Assembly (NCBI GenBank): GCA_002189035.1
Contig: NEEC01000027.1
Coordinates: forward strand, 558,001 to 622,000
Origin: Utricularia gibba
Taxonomy: Eukaryota > Plantae > Magnoliophyta
Direction of reading: 5' to 3'
Length of the DNA stretch: 64,000 bases
Under the pieces are notes generated by a model. That model had not been told where the DNA came from and made no database searches. It saw only the letters and a list, made by a program, of their open reading frames with translations. The position numbers and the translations under genes were made by a program. This document shows, piece after piece, positions 62,901-64,000 of this stretch; positions within the stretch are counted from its first letter, which is position 1, and the number at the start of each line of letters is the position of its first letter.

Positions 62901-64000
62901 ATGCATGCGCGAAATCCCATTCCTGTCGAATCGGAAGTCCCGAGTCAAACCATCGCGAACGTCGTGGCCACTTTGTGGCACAATTGAAGGCTAATAGAAG
63001 GCAATAATTCGAGCTCTGATACATTGTCGGACGACAAAGCTTCCAACACGGAAGATGACCGGCTCAGAATGAGCTTTGAAACGGTATCCTGTGCGTAGCG
63101 TGACTCATCACGGTTTGCAAGATATCGACAAGATATTGAACGAGGCACGAGGCATGCATCATGTGTGCGTAGGAACACACCCGTGGCATTGTAAGGGATC
63201 GCGTCGAAAACAAAAATTTCACACCTTCCAATGAAATGCATATGCTTTGCATGCGAGAAATCCCATTCCTGTCGAATCGGAAGTCCCGAGTCACACCATC
63301 GCGAACGTCGTGGCCACTTTGTGGCACAATTGAAGGCTAATAGAAGGCAATAATTAGAGCTCTGATACATCGTCGGATTACGAAGCTTCCAACACGGAAG
63401 ATGCTCGGCTAAGAATGAGCTTTGAAACGTCATGCGTGCGCAGCGTGACTCATCACGGTTTGCAAGATATCGACAAGATATTGAACGAGGCACGAGGCAT
63501 GCATCAGGTGTGCGTAAGAACACACCCGTGCATTGTAAGGGATCGCCTCGAAAACGAAAATTTCACACCTTCCAATGAAATGCATGCGCGAAATCCCATT
63601 CCTGTCGAATCGGAAGTCCCGAGTCAAACCATCGCGAACGTCGTGGCCACTTTGTGGCACAATTGAAGGCTAATAGAAGGCAATAATTCGAGCTCTGATA
63701 CATTGTCGGACGACAAAGCTTCCAACACGGAAGATGACCGGCTCAGAATGAGCTTTGAAACGGTATCCTGTGCGTAGCGTGACTCATCACGGTTTGCAAG
63801 ATATCGACAAGATATTGAACGAGGCACGAGGCATGCATCATGTGTGCGTAGGAACACACCCGTGGCATTGTAAGGGATCGCGTCGAAAACGAAAATTTCA
63901 CACCTTCCAATGAAATGCATATGTTTTGCATGCGAGAAATCACATTCGCATCGAATCGGAAGTCCCGAGTCGCATCGTCGCGAACGTCGTGGCCAATTTG
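51000..64000. repeat. Tandem satellite, about 346-bp monomer, at least 38 copies, running off the window end
   Basis: The anchor (C)GAGCTC or its variant recurs at 51137, 51483, 51711, 52057, 52402, 52748, 53093, 53439, 53766, 54112 ... 63356, 63689. Spacing is 345-346 bp, with 326-327, 333-335 and 228 bp deletion variants. Start approximate (degenerate edge). Confidence 0.98.
53204..56623. repeat. Direct duplication of a 5-monomer higher-order unit (1710 bp)
   Basis: Diagnostic variants recur at +1710: 53439/55149, 53766/55476, 19-bp deletion 53600/55310. ORF-track pairs 53757/55467 and 54166/55876 agree. The same doublet recurs at about 59.0-62.4 kb. Confidence 0.9.

Noticed and set aside
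51034-63943. Dozens of 60-285 aa ORFs in the satellite (MHFIGRCEIF..., MPQIGHDVRD...)
   Set aside because: They are recurring translations of a 346-bp monomer (not a multiple of 3), drift between frames and show no protein-family motifs.

Overview
Plant (eudicot) nuclear DNA with two sharply different parts. (1) 1-50.5 kb is extremely gene-dense, with 16 protein-coding genes (about one per 3.2 kb). Most introns are about 70-130 nt, intergenic spacers are mostly 0.2-1.4 kb, and I found no recognisable transposon. Gene order: GBF1-type bZIP(+), MTV1/tepsin(-), AMMECR1(+), full-size ABCG/PDR(+), DUF3783(-), FLD(-), SDP6(-), plastid-type GNAT(+), TH2 TenA-HAD(+), SCY1-like pseudokinase(+), TMEM87/GPR107-like 7TM(+), CAN nuclease(+), small Sel1-like(-), BTB/POZ(-), alpha-expansin(-), Tim21-like(-), then a divergent dirigent gene(+) as the 17th. 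The compaction resembles Lentibulariaceae-type miniature genomes (inference only). (2) From about 51.0 kb to the window end lies a CpG-rich tandem satellite of about 346 bp (38 monomer anchors counted by eye). It has nested higher-order structure: a 5-mer of 1710 bp inside a 13-mer that recurs at a 17-monomer, about 5.83 kb period. It also shows microhomology-bounded fixed deletions, recombinant monomers and a degenerate edge only about 0.5 kb from the last gene. Other points: five conserved genes each carry a -1 frameshift in a G/C homopolymer (probably consensus error), three introns need GC donors, the TH2 TenA domain appears to have lost active-site residues, and FLD has an unusually long last exon. 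All exon models and counts were made by hand. Homolog names and Arabidopsis locus IDs are from recall and need database confirmation.
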